DNA from: Candidatus Humicultor tengchongensis
GTDB taxonomy: Bacteria; Sysuimicrobiota; Sysuimicrobiia; Sysuimicrobiales; Humicultoraceae
Direction: 5' to 3'
Assembly (NCBI GenBank): GCA_031459715.1
Contig: JAVKIA010000019.1
Span: 1-45,499 of the forward strand
DNA: 45,499 nucleotides
The notes beneath the pieces were generated by a model, which saw only the letters and a program-made list of their open reading frames with translations, ran no database searches and was not told the DNA's origin. Position 1 is the stretch's first letter. Every line of letters begins with the position of its first letter. Shown here piece by piece: positions 9,577 through 19,042 of the stretch. Made by a program: the position numbers and the translations under genes.

Positions 9577-10905
9577 TTACAGGTCCGTGACCGCGGCCTG
9601 GCCGCCCCGGAAGCCTTCCAGCCGGGCCTTGATGTGGTTTAGGAACCGGTCGGCCACCGCGCCGTCAAAGACACGGTGGTCGAAGGAGAGCCCCAGGTGC
9701 ATGATGGAGCGGATGGCGATGGCCTCACCCCAGGGTGCCGCTTCGCCCCGCCCGTCGCCGCGACCCCCGACCACCACCGGCCGCCTGACAATGGCATCGG
9801 TGGCCAGGATGGCCGCCTGGCCGGGGAGGATGATGGGCATCGACCAGATCGAGCCGAAGATGCCGGGATTGGTGATGGTGAACGTCCCGCCCTCCACGTC
9901 CTCCAGGGTCAGCTTACCCTCGCGGGCCCTGCGGCTGAGGTCCTCCAGATCCCGGGCTATGCCCAGGAGCGACTTCTGATCGGCGTCCTTGATCACCGGA
10001 ACGATCAGGCCGTCCTCCAGGGCCACCCCGACGCCGATATTTACCCGGCCCCGCAGCAGGACGCCCTCCTCGGTCCAGGTGGAGTTGACCACGGGGAAGG
10101 CGCGCAGCGCCTCCGCCGCGGCCCGCACGAAGAAGGCGGTGTAGGTGAGGGCCACCCCGTGACGCTGCCGCCACTCGTCCTTGTACTTCTCCCGCCAGTC
10201 CACGACCCCGGTCATATCCACCTCGATCACGCCGTAGGCATGCGGGATCTCCCGCTTGGACTGGGCCATGCGCTGGGCAATGGTGCGTCGCAGCGGGGAG
10301 AGCTTGAGCAGCCGGTCGCCGGGAGCAGCCGCGGGGGTGGGGACGGCCGGCGCGGGGGCCACCGGCGGCCCTGCGGGTGAAGGGGCGGCAGCCGGCGGCG
10401 TGGCGGGGGAGACCACCGCCGGCGCAGTCTCCCGCTGGGCCACGTACCTGAGCAGGTCCTCCTTGGTGACCCGCCCGCCCGCCCCGCTGCCGCGGAGCTG
10501 CTCCACCTCGGCCAGGGGAATCCCGTGTTCTTCCGCCAGGCGGCGGACCAGCGGGGAGAGCCTGGCACCGGCCTGCCGCGGGGGCGGCGCACCCGCCGGG
10601 GGCGCAGAGGGGACGGGCCCCGCAGCCCCCGCCCCCACGGGTTCCCCCGCCGCCACGGGCTCGGCCGCTTCGACTTCCATCAGGGCGATGGGCGTTCCCA
10701 CCTCCCTGGTCTCACCCTCAGGCACCAGGATCTCTTTCAGGATGCCGCCATAGGGCGAGGGCATCTCCACGTTGACCTTGTCCGTGATGATCTCGACCAG
10801 AGGCTCAAACCGCTCCACCCGGTCGCCGGGCTGCTTCAGCCAGCGGCCGATGGTCCCCTCGAATGTGGACTCGCCTAGCTGGGGCAGCTTTATCTCAACG
10901 GGCAT
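9577..10905 (-). CDS. bkdB: Dihydrolipoamide acyltransferase E2 of a 2-oxoacid dehydrogenase complex (branched-chain type by operon context)
   Basis: 442 aa. N-terminal lipoyl domain ([14 protein letters not shown]), Ala/Pro linkers, a peripheral-subunit binding domain, and a catalytic domain with DHRVFDGA. Confidence 0.85.
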   Translation of the reverse strand: MPVEIKLPQLGESTFEGTIGRWLKQPGDRVERFEPLVEIITDKVNVEMPSPYGGILKEILVPEGETREVGTPIALMEVEAAEPVAAGEPVGAGAAGPVPSAPPAGAPPPRQAGARLSPLVRRLAEEHGIPLAEVEQLRGSGAGGRVTKEDLLRYVAQRETAPAVVSPATPPAAAPSPAGPPVAPAPAVPTPAAAPGDRLLKLSPLRRTIAQRMAQSKREIPHAYGVIEVDMTGVVDWREKYKDEWRQRHGVALTYTAFFVRAAAEALRAFPVVNSTWTEEGVLLRGRVNIGVGVALEDGLIVPVIKDADQKSLLGIARDLEDLSRRAREGKLTLEDVEGGTFTITNPGIFGSIWSMPIILPGQAAILATDAIVRRPVVVGGRGDGRGEAAPWGEAIAIRSIMHLGLSFDHRVFDGAVADRFLNHIKARLEGFRGGQAAVTDL

Positions 10906-10957
10906 GCCGGGCCCCCGGGGTCATGGTCCCATTCTACACAACTCGGTCCAGGAAGGC

Positions 10958-11941
10958 TCAGTAGGCCGCCAGATGGCGCATGGCTGCGGCGATGCGGGCC
11001 TGGTCGATGTAGAACCACTCCTCCAGCGGCTTGCTGTAGGGAATGCCGGGCACGTCGGGCCCGGCCAGGCGCATAACCGGAGCGTCCAGGCTGTCGAAAG
11101 CCTCCTCGGCGATCAGGGCGGCGATCTCCGCGCCGTAGCCGCAGAACCGGTTGTCCTCGTAAACGATCAGCGCGCGGCTGGTCTTGGCCACGGAGGCCAG
11201 GATGGTGTTCTTGTCCAGCGGCTTGAGCGAGCGCACGTCCACCACCTCGGCGCTGATGCCCTCTGCCGCCACCACCTCCGCCGCCCGCAGCGCCTCGTGC
11301 AGCATCCAGCCGAAGGCGAAGACGGACAGGACGCTGCCCTCACGGCGCACCGCCGCGGGGCCGAGGGGCACCGTGTAGTCCCCCTCGGGGACCTCCCCCC
11401 GGACAATCCGGTAGGCGCGCTTGTGCTCCAGGAAAAGTACGGGGTCGGGGTCACGCACCGCGCTCTTGAGCATGCCCTTGGCGTCGTAGGGGGTAGACGG
11501 CGCCACCACCTTCAGCCCCGGGACGTGGGCGTAGAAGGACTCGACGGACTGGGAGTGATAGAGGGCCGTGCCGTGGGAGCCACCGTAGGGAGCACGGAAG
11601 ACCACCGGGCAGCCGTAGCTGCCGTTGGAACGGTAGCGCATCCGCGCCGCTTCGCTGACGATCTGGTTGAAGGCCGGGTGGATGAAGTCGGCAAACTGGA
11701 ACTCGGCGATGGGCAGCAGGCCGTTGGCGGCCATGCCGATGGCCACCCCGGCGATGGAGGACTCGGCCAGGGGGCTGTCGATGACCCGATCTTCTCCGAA
11801 CTTCTCGTACAACCCCATGGTCACACCGAAGACGCCGCCTTTACGGCCTACATCCTCCCCCAGGACAACCACGCGCTCGTCTCGAGCCATCTCCTCGTGG
11901 TGGGCCTGGTTCAGGGCATCGACGTAGCGCAGCTCAGGCAT
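10958..11941 (-). CDS. bkdAB: 2-oxoacid dehydrogenase E1 component beta subunit
   Basis: It is the C-terminal 327 aa of the 470-aa track ORF, starting MPELRYVDALNQAHHEEMARDERVVVLGEDVG. The ATG sits 6 nt after the E1-alpha stop. The upstream 143 aa of the track ORF is Arg/Pro-rich read-through, not coding. Confidence 0.9.
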   Translation of the reverse strand: MPELRYVDALNQAHHEEMARDERVVVLGEDVGRKGGVFGVTMGLYEKFGEDRVIDSPLAESSIAGVAIGMAANGLLPIAEFQFADFIHPAFNQIVSEAARMRYRSNGSYGCPVVFRAPYGGSHGTALYHSQSVESFYAHVPGLKVVAPSTPYDAKGMLKSAVRDPDPVLFLEHKRAYRIVRGEVPEGDYTVPLGPAAVRREGSVLSVFAFGWMLHEALRAAEVVAAEGISAEVVDVRSLKPLDKNTILASVAKTSRALIVYEDNRFCGYGAEIAALIAEEAFDSLDAPVMRLAGPDVPGIPYSKPLEEWFYIDQARIAAAMRHLAAY

Positions 11942-11946
11942 CGCCC

Positions 11947-13050
11947 TCACCCCCCCCACTTGCCGGCGGGAGACAGCCAGGGATGCGGCGGGTGTGGCCC
12001 GGGGATCTGGCCGTCGGGATCGTAGAACGCGGGGTCCCGCTGCGTGGCGAACAGGTGCTGCTCGGCAGTGGCGGGATCGGGGAGCGGCTCGGCCTCGGCG
12101 GCGTCGGTGGCCTCGTCGATCTCCCGCTTGATCCGGGCCATCAGAGCCTGATAGCGCTCTTCGGTGAGCAGGCCGACGCTCTCCAGATAGGCCCGGAAGG
12201 TCAACAGGGGATCGCGCTGGCGAGCAGCCTCGATCTCCTCCCTGGGGCGGTAGCGTTCCTGCTGGTCGTCGCTGGAGTGCGACCCCAGCCGCTGAACGCG
12301 GTACTCGATGAGCGTGGGGCCGTCCCCGCGCCTGGCCCGCTCGTGGGCCTCCTTGGCCACGCGGTAGCACTCCAGCACATCACTGCCGTCGGCCACCACA
12401 CCCGGCATTCCGTACCCGGCAGCACGGGCGGCGATGTTCTCCCCGGCTACCTGCTTGCGTAGCGGGACGGAGATCGCATAGAAGTTGTTCTCCACCACGA
12501 AGATCACCGGCAGCCTGTAGATCCCCGCCCAGTTCAACGATTCGTGCCAGTCGCCCTGGCTGGTACCGCCGTCACCGATGGCCACCATGGTGATCTCGCC
12601 GGTCCTGCGCAGCTTCGCCGCGTAGGCGATGCCCACAGCATGAGGGTACTGGGTGCCCACGGGGCTGCTGGTGGAGAGGATCTTCAGGCGGGGGTGGCTG
12701 TAGTGGCCGGGCATCTGGCGGCCGCCGCTGCTGGGGTCGGTGGCGCGGGCAAACAGCCCCAGCAGCATCTCCCTGGGCGTCATCCCCTTGACCAGGCAGG
12801 CGGCCACCGACCGGTAGAAGGGCACGAACCAGTCACGCTGCCGGTCCATTGCCCACATGGCTCCCACCTGGCAGCCCTCGTGCCCGGGCCCGGAGATGAC
12901 GAACATGGCCTTGCCTGCCCGCTGCAGGACCCACATGCGGTCGTCCAGCGCCCGGGCCAGAGCGATGTAGTAGTACATGTCCAGCACGTCCTGGTCGCTC
13001 AGACCCAGGGCTGCGTGGCGGGCTGCAGTCCTGGTCTCGTGCAACACCAT
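11947..13050 (-). CDS. bkdAA: 2-oxoacid dehydrogenase E1 component alpha subunit (TPP-dependent)
   Basis: 367 aa. Motifs: YYIALARALDDRMWVLQRAGK, TPP-binding GDGGTSQGDWHESLNWAGIYRLPVIFVVENN. Confidence 0.9.
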   Translation of the reverse strand: MVLHETRTAARHAALGLSDQDVLDMYYYIALARALDDRMWVLQRAGKAMFVISGPGHEGCQVGAMWAMDRQRDWFVPFYRSVAACLVKGMTPREMLLGLFARATDPSSGGRQMPGHYSHPRLKILSTSSPVGTQYPHAVGIAYAAKLRRTGEITMVAIGDGGTSQGDWHESLNWAGIYRLPVIFVVENNFYAISVPLRKQVAGENIAARAAGYGMPGVVADGSDVLECYRVAKEAHERARRGDGPTLIEYRVQRLGSHSSDDQQERYRPREEIEAARQRDPLLTFRAYLESVGLLTEERYQALMARIKREIDEATDAAEAEPLPDPATAEQHLFATQRDPAFYDPDGQIPGPHPPHPWLSPAGKWGG

Positions 13051-13063
13051 ACGGCTCCCCCCG

Positions 13064-14461
13064 TCAGATGTGAATGGCCCGGCCCAGCGCGTCCAGGGCC
13101 GCTTCCTTCAGCGCCTCGGCCAGGGTGGGGTGCGAGTGCACGGCGCGCCCCAGCTCATAGACGGTCCCCTCCAGGGATCTGACCGCGACGCCCTCCGCCA
13201 GCAGCTCCGTGACGCCGAACCCGACCATGTGTATGCCCAGAATCTCCCCCACCCGGGCGTCGGCCACCACCTTCACCAGCCCCTCGGTGGCGTCCTCGAT
13301 GGTAGCCTTGGAGTTGGCCTGGAAGGGGAAGCGCCCCACCCTCACCTCGCGGCCGCTCTCCCTGGCCTGCTGCTCGCTCAGCCCCATGGTGGCCACCTGG
13401 GGGATGGAGAACGTCGGCCGGGGGATGGCCTGGTAGTCGATGGACGGAGGCGAGGCTCCGGCGATGGACTCGGCCACAAACACCGCCTCCTCGGAGGCCA
13501 CGTGCGCCAGGCGGAAGGGTCGCCCCAGGACGTCCCCGATGCCGAAGATGGTCGGGGTGGCCGTGCGCAGGTTCGCGTCCACCTGCACCGCCCCCTGCTC
13601 GATCACCACCCCCGCCTCCTCCACAGCCAGCTCCCGATAGACCGGAGCCCGCCCCACCGCCACCAGCAGGTAGTCCGCGGCGATGGTGGTGGTCTGGTCG
13701 CCTTTGCGCAGGGTGATGGCCAACCCGTCGCCGCGGTACTCGACGCGCTCCGCCGTCGACTCCGTGTGCACCTGGATCCCGCGCCGCTCGAAAGACCGCT
13801 GCAGCTGCCGGCCGATCTCCTCGTCCTCCAAAGGCAGCAGCGTCGGCAGCAGCTCCACCAGCGTCACCTCGGCTCCGAAGGCGCGGAAGACGCTGGCCAT
13901 CTCCACCCCTACCGGCCCGGCACCCAGGATGGCGATGGCCCGCGGCACCTCCTTCAGGTCCAGCGCCGCGGTGCTGTCGATGATGCGCCGGTTGTCAATG
14001 GCAATCCCCGGGACGCTTCGTGGCGCGGAACCGGTGGCGATCATGAAGTGCTTCCCCCGCAGCGCGGTCTCCGACCCGTCCGCCAGGGCCACCGCCACCT
14101 CGGTCCTGCTCAGGAAGCGGGCCTCCCCGTGGAAGACGTCGACCCGGTTCTTGCGCAGCAGGTACTGGGTGCCCTTGTAGAGTTTCTCCACCACGCGCCG
14201 CTTCCTGGCGTGCACCGCGGCCAGGTCCACAGCCAGGTCACCGGTGGCGATCCCCAGGTCCCGGCCCCGGCGCAGCTCGTCCAGGACCCCGGCCACGTAG
14301 AGCAGCGCCTTGGTGGGGATGCAGCCGTAGTGCAGGCAGGTGCCGCCCACCTTGTCCCGCTCCACCACCGCCGTGCGCAGTCCAAGCTGCGCGGCGCGGA
14401 TGGCCCCCACGTAGCCGCCCGGTCCTGCGCCGATGACCACCAGGTCATAGGGTTCGGGCAT
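13064..14461 (-). CDS. lpdV: Dihydrolipoyl dehydrogenase E3
   Basis: 465 aa. MPEPYDLVVIGAGPGGYVGAIRAAQLGL...GGTCLHYGCIPTK redox disulfide. GAGGAG SD 5 nt before the ATG. E3 comes first, as in Bacillus bkd operons. Confidence 0.9.
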   Translation of the reverse strand: MPEPYDLVVIGAGPGGYVGAIRAAQLGLRTAVVERDKVGGTCLHYGCIPTKALLYVAGVLDELRRGRDLGIATGDLAVDLAAVHARKRRVVEKLYKGTQYLLRKNRVDVFHGEARFLSRTEVAVALADGSETALRGKHFMIATGSAPRSVPGIAIDNRRIIDSTAALDLKEVPRAIAILGAGPVGVEMASVFRAFGAEVTLVELLPTLLPLEDEEIGRQLQRSFERRGIQVHTESTAERVEYRGDGLAITLRKGDQTTTIAADYLLVAVGRAPVYRELAVEEAGVVIEQGAVQVDANLRTATPTIFGIGDVLGRPFRLAHVASEEAVFVAESIAGASPPSIDYQAIPRPTFSIPQVATMGLSEQQARESGREVRVGRFPFQANSKATIEDATEGLVKVVADARVGEILGIHMVGFGVTELLAEGVAVRSLEGTVYELGRAVHSHPTLAEALKEAALDALGRAIHI

Positions 14462-14563
14462 GTGCTCTCCTCTCTATCCTCCCACTCCTGTCCGCCGTCA
14501 TACCCTCAATGCACCTCTCGTCCCGGCAGTTGGGAGAGCAGCTTGAGGTAGCGCGGCACGAGG

Positions 14564-16252
14564 CTACTTCCCCACACGGATGCGGATGATATGGTGACCG
14601 GTCGCCCCCTCCGGCAGCGGGGGCGAGGGCTGCGCCGTCTGCAGGGCCCCGGTGCCGTCGCGCGCCCGCACCCGCACCCGGTACTCCCCCGGTGCCGCCG
14701 GCGTCCACACCACCGCCCACAGCACCCAGGTATACGGCCCCAGCGGCGCCTTGACCTGCGCTGCCAGCCAGGCCCTGCCGTCGTCCGGGGAGACCTCCAC
14801 CGCCCGGATCCTCCGGGCGCCGGCGTAGGCCACCCCGCCCAGGCCCACCTCCTCCCCGGCCTTCGCCCGCAGCGGGGAAGGGATGGTGAACTTGGACATG
14901 GTCTGCACCACCGCCTGGTCGCTCCACCCCGAGCGCTCCCAGAACCCCTGGAAGTCGAAATCGGCCGCCTCGATCCGGGTGATCCACTTGGGATTCTTCA
15001 TCCCAAACAACCCCGGCACCAGCAGCCGCAGCGGGAAGCCGTGCCTGGGCGGCAGGGGCTCGCCGTTCATCTCGTAGACGAGCAGGGTGTCGGGATGCAG
15101 CGCTTCGGCCACCGGCAGCGATTCCGTGTAGCCGTCGGCGCAACGGAAGACCAGCTTGATGGCAGTGGGCGGCAGGCCTCCGGCCCTGGCCACCACGTCA
15201 CGCAGCCGGACTCCGCGCCAGTAGGCGTTGCCGATCAGGTCGCCGCCGACCTCGTTGCTGATGCACTCCAGGGTGTGCGGCCGGCGCACCGCAGGCATGG
15301 CCTTGAGCTCGTCCAGGCCCATCACCAGCGGGCGGTCCGGCCGCACTGCGACCTCCAGCCGCCAGCGATCGGCCCGCAGCACAGGGTCGAGTCCCGGCGG
15401 GTTCTTGCTCACCACATAGAACTGGTCGGTGGGTGTGACCTCCGGTGGCAACCCGCGCACGCGGGTAAAGGGACTCTGAGCGGTGACGGCGGGCCCTCCG
15501 GCCGCGGCGGCCCGCTCCTGCGCGGTGGGGGATATTGCGCCCAAACGTCCGGGCGCGCCGGGAGGTGCTGCGGCGGATGGTCTGAGCGCGGCCAGCCACT
15601 GCCACAGGCTCGCTCCCGTCAGCGTCCCCAGAGCCAGAGCCAGCCAGCGGCCCAGCAGCTCCCGGCGGGTACGGCTGTCCCCGCCGGCGGGGCCAAAACG
15701 GCGGGCGGGGGGCCACAGGACCGCCCCGGTCACCAACAGGGCGAACAGGCCCGCGTAAACGGCCAGCGCGCCCAGAATCCGGGCAGCAACGGAGGTGGGG
15801 TCGGGCTCGAGCACCCCCATGCCCTGCAGCCGGCCGCGCATGTACTCGGCGCCCGGGGTGAAGGTCAACCCCACGAGCGGCACAAATGCGGCGAGAAATG
15901 CGACCAGAAACCTGGTCGCAGCGACCCGGGCCGCGCTGCCGCCGCCTTCCGGTGCGCCGCCGTGGCCTGCAGACGGCTGCCCCCACGGCGCCCGTCCCAG
16001 AACGTATCCCAAAAGCGCCCAGGCGGCCACCATCCCCGCGAGCATCCCCCAGAAGGCCAGCGGCTTGGCCAGGAACTTGAGGCGGACGATGAGGAAGCCG
16101 AAGACCTCCACTGGCAGCAGGCGCAGGGTCCGCTCCCACAGGGCCAGAGCGACCACCGGGAACCCTGCAGTAAAAGTCCCCCGCAGCATCAGCGACACCG
16201 CCAGCACTCCAGCGGTGGCGCCGCCCAGCGCGCCGCGCGCGCCCCTGCTCAT
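14564..16252 (-). CDS. Membrane-anchored sulfite-oxidase-family molybdopterin oxidoreductase: N-terminal polytopic TM domain, internal twin-arginine-like motif, Moco domain, C-terminal dimerisation domain
   Basis: 562 aa. Residues 1-190 are hydrophobic with ~5 TM helices. Residues ~193-215 read SRTRRELLGRWLALALGTLTGAS, which is Tat-signal-like. After that come the SO-family core (HTLECISNEVGG with Moco Cys, GYTESLP, NGEPLPPRHGFPLRLLVPG..GMKNPKWI) and an Ig-like C-terminal domain. It starts 10 nt after the nuoC stop. Confidence 0.75.
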   Translation of the reverse strand: MSRGARGALGGATAGVLAVSLMLRGTFTAGFPVVALALWERTLRLLPVEVFGFLIVRLKFLAKPLAFWGMLAGMVAAWALLGYVLGRAPWGQPSAGHGGAPEGGGSAARVAATRFLVAFLAAFVPLVGLTFTPGAEYMRGRLQGMGVLEPDPTSVAARILGALAVYAGLFALLVTGAVLWPPARRFGPAGGDSRTRRELLGRWLALALGTLTGASLWQWLAALRPSAAAPPGAPGRLGAISPTAQERAAAAGGPAVTAQSPFTRVRGLPPEVTPTDQFYVVSKNPPGLDPVLRADRWRLEVAVRPDRPLVMGLDELKAMPAVRRPHTLECISNEVGGDLIGNAYWRGVRLRDVVARAGGLPPTAIKLVFRCADGYTESLPVAEALHPDTLLVYEMNGEPLPPRHGFPLRLLVPGLFGMKNPKWITRIEAADFDFQGFWERSGWSDQAVVQTMSKFTIPSPLRAKAGEEVGLGGVAYAGARRIRAVEVSPDDGRAWLAAQVKAPLGPYTWVLWAVVWTPAAPGEYRVRVRARDGTGALQTAQPSPPLPEGATGHHIIRIRVGK

Positions 16253-16262
16253 GTGCTGATCC

Positions 16263-16802
16263 CTACGCGCGTTCTCCCAGCCCGAGCCCCTCGATCTCCC
16301 GCTGCCGCTGCGCTGCCAGCGCCCGGAGCCATTCCGGGTCCTCGAAGACGTAATCCTTGCGCAGAGGGTGCCCCACCCAGTCCTCGGTCATCATGATGCG
16401 CCGGAGGTTGGGGTGCCCCTCGAAGGTGATGCCCAGGAGGTCGTAGGCTTCTCGCTCATGCCAGTCTGCGCCCTGCCAGATGCCGGTGACGCTGGGCACC
16501 CGGGGATCGTCGCGCGGCGTACGCACCTTGAGCACTAGCTCGTGCTGGTGGCGGAAGGAGAAGAGGTGGTAGACGACATCGATGCGTTGCTCTTCCGGGT
16601 AGTCCACCCCTGTGACAAACGACAGGTAGTCCATGGCGAATTCCGGATCGGCGGCCACGAAGCGGCAGATCTCCAGTAGCTGGTCCGCAGGCACCCAGGC
16701 CCCGGGGGTGAGGTAGACCGGGGCCTTCGCCTCCTCCCGCCGGGGAAACGGCTCCACCTGGGGGAACCGCCGGCGCAGGCGCTCCACCAGCTCCCAGCTC
16801 AC
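16263..16802 (-). CDS. nuoC: NADH-quinone oxidoreductase subunit C (30 kDa, NuoC/Nqo5 family)
   Basis: It is the C-terminal 179 aa of the 329-aa track ORF. It aligns to Nqo5: YLSFVTGVDY, IDVVYHLFS and PRDDPRVPSVTGIWQGADWHEREAYDLLGITFEGHPNLRRIMMTEDWVGHPLRKDY. The GTG start overlaps the nuoI TGA (GTGA). Confidence 0.85.
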   Translation of the reverse strand: MSWELVERLRRRFPQVEPFPRREEAKAPVYLTPGAWVPADQLLEICRFVAADPEFAMDYLSFVTGVDYPEEQRIDVVYHLFSFRHQHELVLKVRTPRDDPRVPSVTGIWQGADWHEREAYDLLGITFEGHPNLRRIMMTEDWVGHPLRKDYVFEDPEWLRALAAQRQREIEGLGLGERA

Positions 16803-17275
16803 AGCACCCTCCCCCGGATCACGCCGCGGGCGATGGGCTCCTTGGGCGCGGCCCGGTGCAGGTCCTCCAGACTGTAGAGGAGGTTGGCCCGGTTGTAGGT
16901 GCTGGCCTCGTAGTGTGGCACGAAGACGATGGCCTCCGTAGGGCAGACCTCCACGCACAGCCCGCAGTACTGGCACTTGTCCATCTCGATGTCGAAGCGG
17001 GTGAGCACTCGCTCCTTGCCCCGTCCGGTGGCCTCGATGTGGATGCAGCGGCTGGGGCAGACCCGCTCGCACTGGAAGCAGATGATGCACTGGTCGTTGC
17101 CGGTCTCCGGGTCCACCGGCAGGGCCAGCAGCCCGTGCCAGCGCGGAGAGATGTCGTTCTTCTCCAGCGGGTACTTGACGGTGTTCTTGGGGCGGACCAG
17201 GGCAATGAAGGTGAGCCGCAGCCCCTCCGCCAGCGCCTGCGCCCCCTGCCACACCCGTCCCAGGCTTACGGCCAC
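16799..17275 (-). CDS. nuoI: NADH-quinone oxidoreductase subunit I (2x[4Fe-4S] ferredoxin-type)
   Basis: 158 aa. CIICFQCERVCP and CQYCGLCVEVCP, with the typical NuoI N-terminus (VRPKNTVKYPLEK). Confidence 0.9.
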   Translation of the reverse strand: MAVSLGRVWQGAQALAEGLRLTFIALVRPKNTVKYPLEKNDISPRWHGLLALPVDPETGNDQCIICFQCERVCPSRCIHIEATGRGKERVLTRFDIEMDKCQYCGLCVEVCPTEAIVFVPHYEASTYNRANLLYSLEDLHRAAPKEPIARGVIRGRVL

Positions 17276-17340
17276 CAGCTCACCTCCGCCCCGTGGCCCT
17301 GCCCTACCGGCCGCGCCCGCGCCATGGTCCCACCCCGGAA

Positions 17341-18447
17341 TTACCGGTCCACATCCGAAAGCACAATGTCCACGCTGCCCAGGATGGCGATCACGTCGGC
17401 GATCTTCCAGCCGCGCATCATCTCTGACAGCGCATAGAGGTTGTTGAAGGCCGGGGCACGGATCTTCACCCGGTAGGGGTGCTCCTCCCCGTCGCTGACC
17501 AGATAGATACCCAGGTCCCCCCGCGGGGATTCCGTGCGCGTGTAGACCTCGCCCCTGGGCAGGCGCAGGGTGACGGGGATCTTCGGCGCGCGGATCTCGC
17601 CGGGTGGCAGCTTGGCCACCGCCTGCCGGATGATGCGGGTGGACTGCCGCATCTCCTCCACGCGCACCTGGTAGCGGGCGAAACAGTCCCCCTCCTGGCG
17701 CACCGGGATGTCGAAGTCCACCTCCGCGTACTTCTCGTAGGGGAAGGCTTTGCGTACGTCAAAGGCGATCCCGGAGGCCCGGGCTACCGGCCCCGACGCC
17801 CCCAGGTTGACGGCCAGCTCTCGCGGCAGTACCCCCACCCCCCTGGTGCGCACCTCAAAGATGGGATTGGCGGTGAACAGCCCCTCGTACTCTGCAATAC
17901 GCCCGGGGAACTCGTCGCAGAAGGCCAGCGCCTGCTCCACCCAGCCGTCGGGAATGTCGTCGCAGACGCCGCCGGGGCGGAAGTAGACGTGGTGCAGCCG
18001 TCCGCCCGTGACCCGTTCGAAGAGGTCCAGGACCTTCTCCCGCTCCCGGAAGCACCAGAGGAACATGGTGGTGGCCCCCAGGTCAGCCCCCCAGGTGCCC
18101 AGCCAGACCAGGTGGCTGGAGATGCGCTGCAGCTCCAGGAGGATGACCCGCAGCCACTGCGCCCGCTCCGGCACGCTGATCCCACCCAGGGTCTCCACCG
18201 CCCGCAGCAGCGCTTCCTCGTTGGCCAGCGCCGCCAGGTAATCCATCCCCCGGTCGGCCAGGGAGACGGACTGCAGGTAGGTGCGGTACTCCATCATCTT
18301 CTCGACGGAGGAGTGGAGGTAGCCGATGTCCGGGGCCACCTCCACAATGTTCTCGCCTTCCAGGGTGACGATCATCCGCAGCACCCCGTGCGTGCTGGGG
18401 TGCTGGGGCCCCAGGTTGAGGATGAGCTCTTCGGTGCGCAGCGCCAT
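17341..18447 (-). CDS. nuoD: NADH-quinone oxidoreductase subunit D (49 kDa)
   Basis: 368 aa. LNLGPQHPSTHGVLR at the N-terminus and DIVLSDVDR at the C-terminus. It has no N-terminal RxCGxC or C-terminal DPCxxC NiFe ligands, so it is not a hydrogenase large subunit. Confidence 0.9.
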   Translation of the reverse strand: MALRTEELILNLGPQHPSTHGVLRMIVTLEGENIVEVAPDIGYLHSSVEKMMEYRTYLQSVSLADRGMDYLAALANEEALLRAVETLGGISVPERAQWLRVILLELQRISSHLVWLGTWGADLGATTMFLWCFREREKVLDLFERVTGGRLHHVYFRPGGVCDDIPDGWVEQALAFCDEFPGRIAEYEGLFTANPIFEVRTRGVGVLPRELAVNLGASGPVARASGIAFDVRKAFPYEKYAEVDFDIPVRQEGDCFARYQVRVEEMRQSTRIIRQAVAKLPPGEIRAPKIPVTLRLPRGEVYTRTESPRGDLGIYLVSDGEEHPYRVKIRAPAFNNLYALSEMMRGWKIADVIAILGSVDIVLSDVDR

Positions 18448-18451
18448 GAGC

Positions 18452-19042
18452 TCAGGAGGCCGCCACGCCGGCGCGGCGCCGCAGGAAGGGCTCCTTCTTG
18501 ATCTTCTCCTGGAGCTTCAGGATGCCCTCGTAGAGGGCCTCTGGCCGCGGCGGGCATCCCGGCACGTAGACATCCACCGGGATGATGGTGTCGATGCCCT
18601 TGAGGATGGAATAGTTGTCATAGAAGAAGGGTCCGCCGCAGGTGGCGCACGACCCCATGGAGATCACGTACTTGGGCTCAGGAATCTGCTCGTAGAGGCG
18701 GCGGACGATGGGAGCCATCTTGATGGTGCAGCGGCCGGAGACGATGATCAGGTCCGCCTGGCGCGGGGTGCCGCGGAAGAAGGTGCCGATGCGATCCATG
18801 TCGAACCGGCCGGCGGCCGCCGCCATCATCTCGATGGCGCAGCAGGCCAGGCCGAACCCCAGGGCCCAGAGGCTGCTGGCCCGCCCCCAGTTCAGGACCT
18901 GTTCCACTGAGGAGAGGATGACGCTGCCCCCGGGGAGGACGTCGATCATCTCGACCAGCCTGTCGATGGGCGTGGCGGTGCTGACGCGCAATTGACCGTT
19001 CCCCTGCCCGCCGGGCAGGGACCTCTCTGGCAGGTCGGGCAT
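18452..19042 (-). CDS. nuoB: NADH-quinone oxidoreductase subunit B (20 kDa, N2 cluster)
   Basis: The track ORF begins with TTG at 19075. An internal ATG (MPDLPER...) has a GGGGAGGT SD 6 nt upstream. Motifs: [23 protein letters not shown]. Confidence 0.9.
   Translation of the reverse strand: MPDLPERSLPGGQGNGQLRVSTATPIDRLVEMIDVLPGGSVILSSVEQVLNWGRASSLWALGFGLACCAIEMMAAAAGRFDMDRIGTFFRGTPRQADLIIVSGRCTIKMAPIVRRLYEQIPEPKYVISMGSCATCGGPFFYDNYSILKGIDTIIPVDVYVPGCPPRPEALYEGILKLQEKIKKEPFLRRRAGVAAS

Noticed and set aside
17341-18447. Possibility that the NuoD/NuoB/NuoI set is a group-4 [NiFe] hydrogenase (Ech/Hyc-like)
   Set aside because: The large-subunit homolog has no N-terminal RxCGxC or C-terminal DPCxxC nickel ligands. 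It ends in the NuoD-type ...DIVLSDVDR, so it is a genuine NuoD.
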